This document shows positions 10,531 to 21,954 of a stretch of DNA of 29,833 bases, in pieces; the stretch's first letter is position 1, and each line of letters starts with the position of its first letter. Location of the stretch: positions 1-29,833 of the forward strand of contig NW_021833137.1 in NCBI RefSeq assembly GCF_006345805.1, given 5' to 3'. The translations under genes were made by a program, and so were the position numbers. The DNA comes from Octopus sinensis (Eukaryota). The notes below the pieces were generated by a model. That model saw only the letters and a program-made list of their open reading frames with translations, ran no database searches and was not told the DNA's origin.

Positions 10531-11391
10531 TTAGTATTTGCATTTGGGATGTTGATGTCAGCCATGATCGTATTAACGAAATTCCAGGCGGTAGAGAAAG
10601 TATGTTTTAAATCTTGTGTGAATGACACCAAGTTGATGAGTAAAAGGGGCTTTTTTTTTCCTTATTTGGGGCAGAGAAAAAAAAGAAAGAAACTCTATGC
10701 ATGTATGTACGAATATACGCATACATGTAGATACACGCATGTATGCCTGTGTGTCCACGTATCAACGTATCAACGTAACTATGTGTATATGTGTATGTGT
10801 GTATATGCATGTACGTATGTATATGAAAGGTAGTGTGTGTGTTTGTGTGTGTGTAAGCGGTGTGGTCGGCATTTATCCGCCATCTTGCTAAATAAGAAAC
10901 ATCTAGAAAGGTCTACTAATTCTATTTATTTTATTTTTGCGATCCTTTCTTTTATAAGGACGTGATCATGGGGCCATAATGTAGGGGAAGGATAGGGGCT
11001 TTCAACACCCCACCACCACTACCACCATCACCACCACCACCATCGCCACAGCCATTGCCAACTATCGCACGAAACCTTTCTCACCAATAACACGATCCTT
11101 ATTCAATTTTATATTCTTTCTTCTGATTCATTCTCCTTTTGCTTTTTGTTTTTTTGTTTTTTTGTTGTTTTTGTATTTTTGTTTTCTGTTGTTCTGAGTT
11201 TTATTGTTTTCTTTCTTTCTCTTTTTTTTCCGAATGCATTTCCCGCGCTTTTCACGCCAGGACAAATTTGAATATTTTCTGATGACGCAATAGAACCTCG
11301 TGATGCCTGAAGGGGGAGAGGAGGACGGTTGTCGTTAATGTGGACTTTGAATAGTGGAAACGGAGCTGAGAGTTTAATTCCGAGGGATTAA

Positions 11392-11947
11392 GTGTGTGTG
11401 GGGGGGGGGGGCGTGTATATGTGTGTGTGTGTGTGCGAGTGTGAGTGTGTGTTTGCGTGTGTGTGTGTGTGTATGTGCGTGTTGTGTGTGTATGTGTGTA
11501 TACGCGTGTGTGTGTGCGTGTATGTGTATGTGTGTGTGTGTTTGTGTGTGCATGACAGTATATACGCGTGTATGTGTGCGTGGTGTGCATGTGCGTGTGT
11601 GAGTGTGCCTGCGTGTATGTGTATGTGTGTGTGTGTGCATGTGTGTGTATGCTCGTGTGTGTGTGTGTGCGTGATTGCTAGTGTGAGTGTGTGTAATTGT
11701 GTGTATACGTGTGTGTGTATCTTTGAGCCTGTGTTTGTCCGCCACCATTGCTTGATAAACACACGGACACACAAACATCAGTGTTTGCGTGTTTACGTCC
11801 CAATAACTTAGCGGTTCGGCAAATGATGACCGATAGAATAAGGACCAGGTTTAAAAAAAAACTACTGGAGTCGATTCATTCAACTAAAACCTCTTCAAGG
11901 CGGTGCCCCAGGATGGCCGCAGTCTAATGACTGAAGCAAGCAAAAGG
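11392..11947 (+). mobile_element. Family-C SINE 3' half (11731-11947) preceded by a long TG-rich microsatellite
   Basis: gtgtttgtccgccaccattgcttga...ttagcggttcggcaaa...gatagaataag...ggcggtgccccaggatggccgcagtc.aatgactgaagcaag aligns with 15890-16080. Confidence 0.75.
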
Positions 11948-12179
11948 TATTTGTAAGTCTTGGGGGTTTTGGTAACGTATTATGTCTTTTTTTCTCTCTT
12001 TGTCATTTCTAAAGCATTTATTTATATTACTATAGGGATTGCTCCTGCCTTCAGTATCCACATTCTGGTTATCTCCATTTCCAGATCTTTATACTCTCCA
12101 TTTCTCCGTGAAACCCATTATCGTCTGTTTGGAGAGATTCTTCGATAAAGAAGTACTTCCTCTCCTGGTGATCTTTTCA

Positions 12180-12835
12180 CAACAGTGGTGGTGGCAGTGG
12201 TGGAGTCGTTGTTGGTCGTGGGAGGCGGTGTTGATGACGTAAATGATGACAGTGGTGATGATGATGATGGTGGTGATTACACTGATGAAGGTGGTGGTGG
12301 TGACGGTGTTAGTGGTGTTTGGTTGTGAAGGTGGCGATGACGATGGGGGTTGAATCCGGTGACCGCAATAGTTATTGTGGTATGATAGGAGGTGGTCATG
12401 GTGACGCTGGGGGTAAAGCAGTGATGGCGGCGATGGTACTGGCGAGGTTGGGATTGTAGGTGTGATGGAGATGCTGGTGGTGTCGACGGTGTCGGCGTCG
12501 GTGGTGGAGGCGGTGGGGTGGGGATGCGTTGATGGTGGTGGTGGCGGTGGCGTCGGTGTGGTGGTCGGGGTTTGCGGCGGCGGTGGCGTTGATGATGGTG
12601 GTAGTGTTGGTCGTCGCAGTGATGGTAGTGAAAATGGTGGTGTTGCTTAATGTTGTTGTTGTTGGTAGTGGTGGTGGTGAGGGTGGTAGTGGTGGTAGTG
12701 GTGGTGGTGGTGGTAGTGGTAGTGGTGGTGGTAGTGGTAGTGGTGGTGGTGCTGGTGCTGGTGCTGGTGCTGGTGTGGTGTTTGGTGGTGGTGGTGGTGA
12801 TGGTGATGATGGTGGTGGTGATGTTGGTCATAGTT
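12180..12835. repeat. GC-rich degenerate (GGT/GTG/GGC) low-complexity region
   Basis: Direct reading; produces poly-G/V/T/H/P ORFs in several frames. Confidence 0.85.
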
Positions 12836-13348
12836 GTGAGGAGAATTGCTCCAAGAAAGGAGAGGCACAGAAGAAATCGGGGGGGGGTAGAAAGGGACCA
12901 GACCATTAATACAGACGTAAGTAAATAAACTCCCAAAACAAATATACAAAAAAAAAAATCAATATGGCGATGACTGGGAGTCCGGTGGAGGGGGCGGGGC
13001 GGGGCGGAGGTGTGCAGTTGTTGAGATTGAAATGTAAAATGAAGTGCAAAGGTGGATATTGAATTAGACAAACAACAACAACAACAACAACAACAACAGC
13101 AGCAGTAGCAGCAGTTGCCAGGAAAATAAAAAGACAACAATCCCAGCAGAAAACAAAATGGAAGGCAAAAAGTTGTCTGAATCGGAGTAAATGAGTGGAA
13201 GGCAAAGTTTAGTTTTGGCGGCTGAGAGCGATTCGAAATGTAATCAGCGTTCGTTAGGGTTGTTCCTTCTTGCATTGTGTCCTGCCTCCAGTCGTACAAG
13301 ACCGACAGAGGGTGCAGGCAATATAGCGCGGTAATCACCGGAAAAGAT

Positions 13349-13378
13349 GTATGTATATATGTATATATATATATATAA

Positions 13379-13436
<58 letters not shown>

Positions 13437-13578
13437 AGTATGTATATGTATATACATACATGAACGCATATACATCTTATTTTTGGGGACTTATATTTTA
13501 GCACTTAATTTTGTTTTAGGGATACTTTCCTGATACATATTACATCCTATGAGTGTATATATTTGTATGTGTGTGTAC

Positions 13579-13611
<33 letters not shown>

Positions 13612-13615
13612 TATG

Positions 13616-13652
<37 letters not shown>

Positions 13653-13673
13653 GTAAGTATATTTGCATGTATG

Positions 13674-13708
<35 letters not shown>

Positions 13709-13970
13709 GTAAGTATATTTGCATGTATGTATATGTATATATAGAGAGAGCAAAATACACATACATGCATACATATATATATATACTATATCTGCCTGTC
13801 TGTCTGTCTCTCCTCTCTCTCTCTCTCCCTATATATATATAGAATATATATATATTCATACATGCGTATACAAATATGCAAAGAGAAAGAGAGAGAGACC
13901 AAAAAATCTTTTCCGTATATAATCCTTTTTTCATGTTCAAGTATTCCCTCGAAGGGTAATAATAATAATA

Positions 13971-14006
<36 letters not shown>

Positions 14007-14050
14007 CAACAACAACAACAACAATAATAATGATGATGAAAATAATAATA
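13349..14050. repeat. (TA)n/(TATG)n fields and (AAT/AAC)n array
   Basis: Direct reading. Confidence 0.9.
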
Positions 14051-14344
14051 ATAATGATGATAATCGCTTCAAGGCTGTCTGTATTGTTTTGTACTGTGTT
14101 GTTTTGTTTTTCTCTTTTTTTTATATTTATTTTTCTGTGTAATTTTTGCTTTTGTTGTTGTTTGGGTTTATCGAAAATATTCCTTGACTTTATTAACTGC
14201 TGCCGTTTTAATCAACAAATAATCTCTCGTCTGATTACAGCGAATCAAACAGTTCGCACCCATCCACTGCACCTCCAGCAAACTCGCCCCCCGAATCCGA
14301 ACGGCAACCGAGTAACACACACACCTACGTTATGTGTGTCATGA

Positions 14345-15070
14345 TATATATATATATATATATTACATAATATATATATATATATATATATTATATACAT
14401 ACATACACACATACATAATTACATACATACGTACATACATGCATACACACATAATGCATGCATGCATACATACATACATACATACATACATACATACATA
14501 CATACATACATACATACCTATATACATATATACAACCATACATACATACACATACTTCCACAGAAATTCTCTCTGGAACCTTCCACATAGTTTCCCCTTT
14601 TCCTGCTTGTTTCTCCAGGAAGTATCCAATCACGAAATTTCTATTCCGTTCGTCATTTTAAACTGTTTTTTAACGTTTTTTTCCCCAGCTATATATTTGT
14701 GTCTGTTGTGTGTGTGTGTGTGTATTCGTCTTTGTATTTATGTATGTTTGTGAGAAAATGTATGTTTATATACAAATGCCCCTGTGTAGAAGTGTCCCTC
14801 TATGTATCTACATAGGTGTATATATTGATGTGATTGTATATATATCTGTGTGTGTGACTCTTTGTAATCAAACTTTCCGCACATGTCTCTCTCCTTTTCC
14901 CGCCCTCCATCTCTCCATCCACCTGCCCACACTCTCTCTTCTCTATCTTCCTCGTCTCTCTCTTCATTCTCTCGCTTTCTCTCTCTCTCTCTCCTCATCT
15001 CTCTATCTCCATCCATTTCTCTTCTCTCTCTCACTCTCTCTCTCTCCTTCTCTCTCTTTCTCGCTCTCCT
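14345..15070. repeat. (TA)/(TACA) microsatellite and CT-rich polypyrimidine tract (14885-15070)
   Basis: Direct reading. Confidence 0.85.
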
Positions 15071-15620
15071 ATTCTTCATAGTCTTGGAGGAAATGGTTAT
15101 GCCCATAGCCTTTGTAGTTTCTTCAAGTCCGGTGAATTCGATACAAGTTAACATTCCCCTTTAAGAATCACAGCTCAGTACATTTGCAAGGAGGGAATTC
15201 CTGTGGGTCGAAGTTCCGTGGACGAAAGAATTAGAACTGTGGAAAATGCTGGAACAGGAATGTGGGAACACACCATACCTGTCATCACTTTCTTACGGTT
15301 CCTCTATCTCCACCATATCAACAATCAAGATCTTGATTTCAAATCGGGGTCACACCAAATTCTCTACTTCTTCCCCCAAAATTACGCCCATTCCCAACCC
15401 TCTCTTGTAATCGATGCAGCCCCTTACTCTCCCCGACTCACCAACCACAATTCCCTTCACCAGCGTGCCTATCATCCGAATTTATTTTCTCCTAACTCTC
15501 CATTCCTTCATTGTTTAACCAACTCGCCACAGTCCACGGCAGCTTACGCTTTTTCCAACCCCACCCTGATACTGTCCCATCGTTTCTGAATCCTCTATAA
15601 GGATGCCATATCATTTCTAT

Positions 15621-15796
15621 AGGCGTAGGAGTGGCTGTGTGGTAAGTAGCTTGCTTACCAGCCACATGGTTCCGGGTTCAGTCCCACTGCGTGACACCTT
15701 GGACAAGTGTCTTCTACTATAGCCTCGGGCCGACCAAAGTCTTGTGAGTGGATTTGGTAGACGGAAACTGAAAGAAGCCTGTCGTATGTATGTATA

Positions 15797-15862
<66 letters not shown>

Positions 15863-16089
15863 ATATGAGTGTGTATATGTTTGGGTGTCTGTATTTGTCC
15901 CCCCAACATCGCTTGACAACCGATGCTGGTGTGTTTACGTCCTCGTAATTTAACGGTTCGGCAAAAAAGAGCGATAGAATAAGTGCTAGGCTTACGAAGA
16001 ATAAGTCCTGGAGTCGATTTGCTCGACTAAAGGCGGTGCTCCAGCATGGCCACGGTCAAATGACTGAAGCAAGTAAAAGAGTAAAAGAG
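15621..16089 (+). mobile_element. Family-C tRNA-derived SINE, full length, with internal microsatellite and TSD
   Basis: Head aggcgtaggagtggctgtgtggtaag...gggttcagtccc; CORE-like caccttggacaagtgtctt; internal TA/TG array ~15785-15890; 3' (taaaagag)n; TSD taaggatgcca(t/a)atc at 15598-15612 and 16090-16104 (14/15 match). Confidence 0.9.
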
Positions 16090-16260
16090 TAAGGATGCCA
16101 AATCTCTCTGAACTCACTCTCCATCGCTTAAAAAAAGGGAGAGGAACAACAGCTACTGAAGCACTGATTATAATGCTGGAGGGTCACTACTGGAGCATCC
16201 TTGATAATAATTTATGAGATCACGTCTGATGTGGAGATTAAATAAGTATTTAATACATCT

Positions 16261-16578
16261 GGTCCTCCGTCGGTTACGACGACGAGGGTTTCAGTTGATC
16301 CGATCAACTGAACAGCCTGTTCGTGAAATTAAGTGGCTGAGTACTCCATAGACACGTGTACCCTTAACGTAGTCTTCAGGGAGATTTAGTATGACACACC
16401 AAATGTTTCAAGGCTGGCCCCTTTTGAATTACAAGTACCTCTCCTTTTTGCCAGCTGAGTGGACGGAAGCCAAGGGAAATAAAGTGTCTTGCTCAAGGAC
16501 ACAAAGCGCCGCTTGGATTCGAACTCACGATTTTACGATCGTGAGCCGAACACGCTAACCACTAAACCACGCGTCTTC
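16261..16578 (-). mobile_element. Family-D tRNA-derived CORE-like SINE, full length
   Basis: Minus-strand head gaagacgcgtggtttagtggttagcgtgttcggctcacgatc...gagttcgaatcc; core tgtgtccttgagcaagacacttt; tail shared with 6100-6226. Confidence 0.85.
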
Positions 16579-16844
16579 TATTCAATAACAACAATCAAGA
16601 AGGCCATGTTTAATAATGTATTTCTAAATACAGCATTCTTTACTAAAAGACAGATTAGTCACGCCTGGAACGTCGGTAAGTGCAGACTTCTTGGATGAGG
16701 TTTTACTCGAAGCTAAACAACAATGGCAGCAATAACAACAACAACAACAACAGCAACAACAATGGGTTCTGATTAAAGCAAAAGACCGGCGATGTTGAGG
16801 GGAGGTGGGGAGGGGAGTCGATAGTATCGATAACATCGATTCGA

Positions 16845-16985
16845 TTGGTATTTTACGTTATCGATTCCGAATGGATGAAAGGCAAAGCTGACATCAGCAA
16901 GATTTGAACTCAGAATGTAAAGATCAGGAACAAATGTCACAGGGCACTTTGCCGACGCTCTAACGATTCTGCCAGCTGGCCATCT
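16845..16985 (-). mobile_element. Degenerate family-A SINE
   Basis: ggatgaaaggcaaagctgacatcagcaagatttgaactcagaa...ctctaacgattctgccagctggccatct. Confidence 0.7.
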
Positions 16986-18834
16986 CACAACGACAACAAC
17001 AACGACGACAACAACAATATATAACAATGCTGCAAAGACAAAAGAAAAGTTGATAGTCGTTCGAGAAAACAAGGGAAAGACTAGGGAAAACAGAGAAAGA
17101 GAAGAGTAGGGATGAGGGGGAGAGAGAAGGGGAGAGGGAGAGAGAGAAGAGGAGAGGGGGAGATGGAAAGAAGCGAAGAGAGAAGGAGAGAGGGAGAAAG
17201 TGGAAGAGAGAGAGAGAGAGAATGGAAGAGGAGGAGGTGTTGGAGCTTGTGAAGGAGGAAGTTAAGTGGGAGACATTTGTGATTCTACAATTTTTTAAAC
17301 TACAAAGAATAAACTTAAAATGGTAAACTCCGATTCAAACATGGATGTTATCCCAATTAGTTACTCTGCTGTGAAACCTGTTTTTCTGGGAGTCTTTGAT
17401 GCCGTGGTGACTTGTTGCTGCTGGTAGTTGTTAAGACCTGTGCGAAAGTACTTAGCGTCTGGACGCCATTAAGGGAGGTCCTTCTCCGCCAACATTTTGT
17501 TGGTTTACAAATAGAACAGGACTTGAAACATCTTCCTGGCAAATTGTTGATTTAATTCTCGTGAAATGTCGTTTGTAGGATCGCATTTTGACATGTTTCT
17601 CCGTAGATGTTTAAAGATTTGACAGCAACATTTCAACAGGAACGAAATACATACATTTGAAGAAATAAGCAAAATAAATAAATAAATAAAGAGAAAAAAA
17701 GAAGGAAAAAGGAGGTTAAAAATAGCGAATGACTATAAGATAAAATTGTCACAAATGTCAAAGAATTGGTTGAATATATTTCAAAGATATTCTTCGAACT
17801 TACAAAACTTACATTCTTTCTGTCTCTCTCACACTCCGTTGGTTTAGTTTTTCTGAAATTAGCAGCATTTGGCTATAAAAGACTGTTTGTTACAAAACAC
17901 GAAATCAAAATGGTTTGTTTGGAAGAAGAAGAAGAAAAAGAAAACAATAGAAGAAAGAAAAAAAAAAGAACCATTCTTGTCGCCTCTTGTCTGTTTTCTT
18001 GCTTCAATGTGTAAAATGGATTATCAGTAGAATATCTGTAAATCTTTAATGGCCCTTTTGAAACAGAATATCTCATGAAAGTTTCTCACAGAACACAGAC
18101 CAGACCAGTTGCTCATTTAATAAACATGCACCAGAGGCAGAAAAATACATTTTAAACGCTAACAAGAATACAATTCTGGTATAAAACTCTCGCAAGAGTA
18201 ATGGAATTCCAGCAAACTATAGCAAGAATAGAATTCCAGATATATTCCCATGCTTTTGGCGATTACAGTCTTTGAATATATTACTGCTTATCTTTGATAT
18301 TTTTACCATTTCAATAAAAGTACAACTTTAGAATTGGTTAACTGCTGAAATGGAATTTGTAACTTTGAATAGATTGTATGACTAACGGAATTATGGAGAC
18401 CAACCATGATATTAGGGTGATAGCAAAAACTGGTTTAATGACTCAGCATCATTCTTCACTTTGGTTCTATGCAGTGAGAAACGGTAGACAATGACGACGG
18501 TATCCAGATCTGGAAGATATCACCAAAATGAATTGGGCGGGAGGAGGAGGAGAACGGTTACAAGTGTGAGACTTGGACACGGCACTCGTTATGAATATTT
18601 TAAACTGTGGACATTACACGTTATCACAATGGAGTCTGAGGAAGCACAGTTTCGTTCGATAACATTGATAAATGGAAATGGAGGCGAAAGTTGATCGATA
18701 AAACATGGCGGGAGTGAAATTGCTGAATGTGATGTGTAGAGATATAAAAATGGCGTGAGGAAGGAAAAAAAGGTGATAAAAGTATGTGTGGGGAGTGAGT
18801 GGGGTGAGATAATGACGTGGATGGGTGGAGAATG

Positions 18835-18884
18835 AGGAGGAAGAGGAGGAGGAGAGAAAAGAAGAAGAAGAAGAAGAAGAAGAA

Positions 18885-18921
<37 letters not shown>

Positions 18922-19025
18922 ATGGAAGAAGATGATGATGGAAGAAGAAGAAGAAGAAGAAGAAGAAGAAGAAGAAGAAGAAGAAGAAGAAGAAGAAGAA
19001 GAAGAAGAAGAAAGAGAAGAAGGAG
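18835..19025. repeat. Compound (GAG)/(GAA)/(GAT) array with 24 uninterrupted GAA units at 18941-19012
   Basis: Direct count. Confidence 0.95.
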
Positions 19026-19758
19026 AAGTATCCGCGAAGTGAAGAATAATTACAACAGTTATTTAATAAATTGGAATGGTTTTGAGTTGACGGTTATTAT
19101 GAATATGTCTGGCGTGAATAGTGAAAAAATATCTTCAACATTATGATATAAGGAGGAAAAAATATTGTTATAATGAATCGGTAGCGTGTATGCACACAAA
19201 CACATACACACTCACACAGACACACACATACACACACACACACACACATACACGCACGCAACGCATTCACACAATTACGCTTACCCATACATACATATAT
19301 ACATACATACATACATACACAGATACATACATATATACATATACATACATATATATATACATACATACATATATATATACATACATACACACATACATGC
19401 ATACATACATATATATATATATATATATACATACCTATATACATACACACACACATACATACATACATACACACATACATACATACAAACATACATACAT
19501 ACATACACACACACACATACATACATACATACATATATACATACATACATACATAATACATACATACATGAATACATACACACATACATACATGCCTACA
19601 TACATACATGCATACACACACACACACACATATACACACACATACTGCGTGGTCCCAGACAACTTGATATTCAATTAAAGCTGCATTTTACCGTCCTTGG
19701 AGAGCGAAGTCAGCAGTAAAGAGTTCCGTTGTTATTCTTAAACCTGCTTTAAAATAAT

Positions 19759-19901
19759 GGCTGCCAATTTTGGGCACGAGGCCAGCATTGCTCGGGGTGG
19801 GGGAGCGGGAAAGACGAGAAGACCGACCCCGGCGATCGGCTGCGACTCGTTCCACTGATCCCGAAAGGATCAAAGGCAAAGTCGACGCCGGCGCCATTAC
19901 T
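19759..19901 (-). mobile_element. 5'-truncated family-A-related SINE fragment with 14-bp TSD
   Basis: cccgaaaggatcaaaggcaaagtcgacgccggcg matches the family-A centre; tgctttaaaataat at 19745-19758 and 19902-19915. Confidence 0.75.
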
Positions 19902-20091
19902 TGCTTTAAAATAATAATAGCCTTGTCTTAACACTGAGTATGTGTGTGTGCATACATTTATTTATACACACACGTACACACACATACATACATACATAAC
20001 ACACACACATACATACATACATACATACATTATACATACATACATACATATACATACATACATGAATACATACACACATACATACATACAT

Positions 20092-20124
<33 letters not shown>

Positions 20125-20252
20125 TATACACACACATACTGCGTGGTCCCAGACAACTTGATATTCAATTAAAGCTGCATTTTACCGTCCTTGGAGAGCG
20201 AAGTCAGCAGTAAAGAGTTCCGTTGTTATTCTTAAACCTGCTTTAAAATAAT

Positions 20253-20395
20253 GGCTGCCAATTTTGGGCACGAGGCCAGCATTGCTCGGGGTGGGGGAGC
20301 GGGAAAGACGAGAAGACCGACCCCGGCGATCGGCTGCGACTCGTTCCACTGATCCCGAAAGGATCAAAGGCAAAGTCGACGCCGGCGCCATTACT
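20253..20395 (-). mobile_element. Duplicated copy of the 19759-19901 SINE fragment
   Basis: Identical sequence at +494. Confidence 0.75.
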
Positions 20396-20721
20396 TGCTT
20401 TAAAATAATAATAGCCTTGTCTTAACACTGAGTATGTGTGTGTGCATACATTTATTTATACACACACGTACACACACACATACATACATACATACACACA
20501 CATACATACATATACACACATATATATGCACACACATACATGCATGCATACATACACACATATATACATATACACACACGTATATATATATATATAAATA
20601 TATATTTATATATATATATATACAATTATATATGTGTATGTATGTATGTATAAATATATATGTATATATATGTATGTATATATATATATATATGTATGTA
20701 TGTATGTATGTATATATATAT

Positions 20722-20764
<43 letters not shown>

Positions 20765-20775
20765 GTATATATTTA

Positions 20776-21604
20776 CAGGGTGCGGTGAATATATATTATC
20801 GTCTAAATTACGCAGAAATGAAAATAATACTGGCGTCTCATTTTAACAGATATATTTACCAAAAATTACATAAAAATATCTTGAAATAGTAAAGAGTAAA
20901 TTTATTCAATAAAATCGCCATTGGCTAGAACCGCGGCCTCCAGACGACTTCGGAATCTCCTGTAACTCTTCTGGATGGTCTCCTTGTTTAAGTTGGTGAA
21001 TGCTGCCATAATCCTTGCCTTCAGTTTATCTTTGGTGTTACAAGGAATTTTGTTGGTCCCTCGCTCAACTGCGCCCCAACAATCAAGGGGGTTGCAGTCT
21101 GGGGAGTTAGGTGGCCAGATATTAGGGGTGACGTGATTGCAGAAATTGTCTGACAGCCTTGGCTGGGTTTCTCTTGCTTGTGTGGCATGGTGCAGAGTTC
21201 TGTTACCAGACATGGGGTCTTCCTGCAGCCACCCTCGTGACCCAGGGCAGCATTACTTCCTCTAGGCACTTGATGTAGGCCTCCGATTTGAGTCTGAGGC
21301 CGTGTGGGGAGATGAATGTAGGCATAACGTTAGCATCACTAGTGATCACTCCAAACACCATGATGTTGACTGGATGTTTGATTTTTATCACTCTCGGTAC
21401 ATGTTTTGGGGACACGGCAGTCAACGGTTGCTCTGTGTTTTCGCCATCTGATCCTGGCAGAAATTTTTCTCGTCTGAGAAAAACCAAAGCATGTTTGGTT
21501 GGAGGGGATGCTTGAGTTTGTTCAAAAGTTTCGTAGCACGGTCTTTCCTATTGTCCTTGATGGCCTGAGATAAAAAAAATTGGCCCTTTCTCATCTTGTA
21601 CCGG
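20776..21604 (-). mobile_element. Tc1/mariner superfamily DD37D (maT/mori-type) transposon remnant, one TIR, 5' part lost
   Basis: TA|CAGGGTG terminus at 20774-20782; transposase remnants across frames WFFSDEKNF...HPVNIMVFGVITSD...W*QNSAPCHTS...WPPNSPDCNPLD; 37 residues between the 2nd and 3rd catalytic positions after repairing one frameshift. Confidence 0.9.
20902..21604 (-). pseudogene. DD37D transposase pseudogene (catalytic domain, stops and frameshifts, second catalytic D to N)
   Basis: ORFs 21421..21609, 21203..21487 and 20902..21213 join into one DD37D domain ending RSRLEAAVLANGDFIE*. Confidence 0.9.
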
Positions 21605-21954
21605 GTCATAGTGCATGCATATACAGCTGCGTGCGTGCGTGCGTGCGTACATACACGCTAGTACTGTCCAAATCTCCGACCAATCACATACAGCTAGCTG
21701 GCATTCAATTGGCGTATCAAGTTTCGGGCATTTTGATTGGGTTTTGGATAGAAAATTCACAAAAATGTCACTTCTATTGATGTTTTAATGGCTTTGCGGG
21801 GTGACTGGGGAAATGTAAAGATGTGCACGACCACCCTTGGACGGTTTTGAATGACCATAGGAAGTGCGAGCCCTCTAACGGAAAAATTGTGGATTTTTAT
21901 AAAGGATACACACACAGACACAGACAGATATTTTGACGTTTATATATATAGAGA
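21605..21954 (-). mobile_element. Putative non-autonomous Helitron-like element, 5' end present, 3' hairpin truncated
   Basis: Minus strand begins A|TCTCTATATATATAAA...tctgtctgtgtctgtgtgtgt, the usual start of non-autonomous Helitrons; sequence stops at atgacccgg where the transposase begins. Confidence 0.5.

Larger units (their letters stand above)
19500..20480. repeat. Tandem duplication, period 494 bp
   Basis: 19641-~19980 is identical to 20135-~20474; duplicate ORFs 19688/20182 and 19749/20243 give identical translations. Confidence 0.95.

Noticed and set aside
12277-13461. 394-aa minus-strand ORF with His/Pro/Thr tracts
   Set aside because: It starts in a TA microsatellite and runs through trinucleotide low-complexity DNA that lacks stops by composition; no recognisable domain
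15082-15589. Possible exon after the CT tract and ORF 15203..15589
   Set aside because: All frames stop within about 30 codons or give composition-biased S/P/L/H peptides; donor is weak; no homologue recognised
17330-17640. Complex sequence with short open frames on the minus strand (ORF 17357..17542)
   Set aside because: No consistent splice signals or recognisable motifs; frames are interrupted
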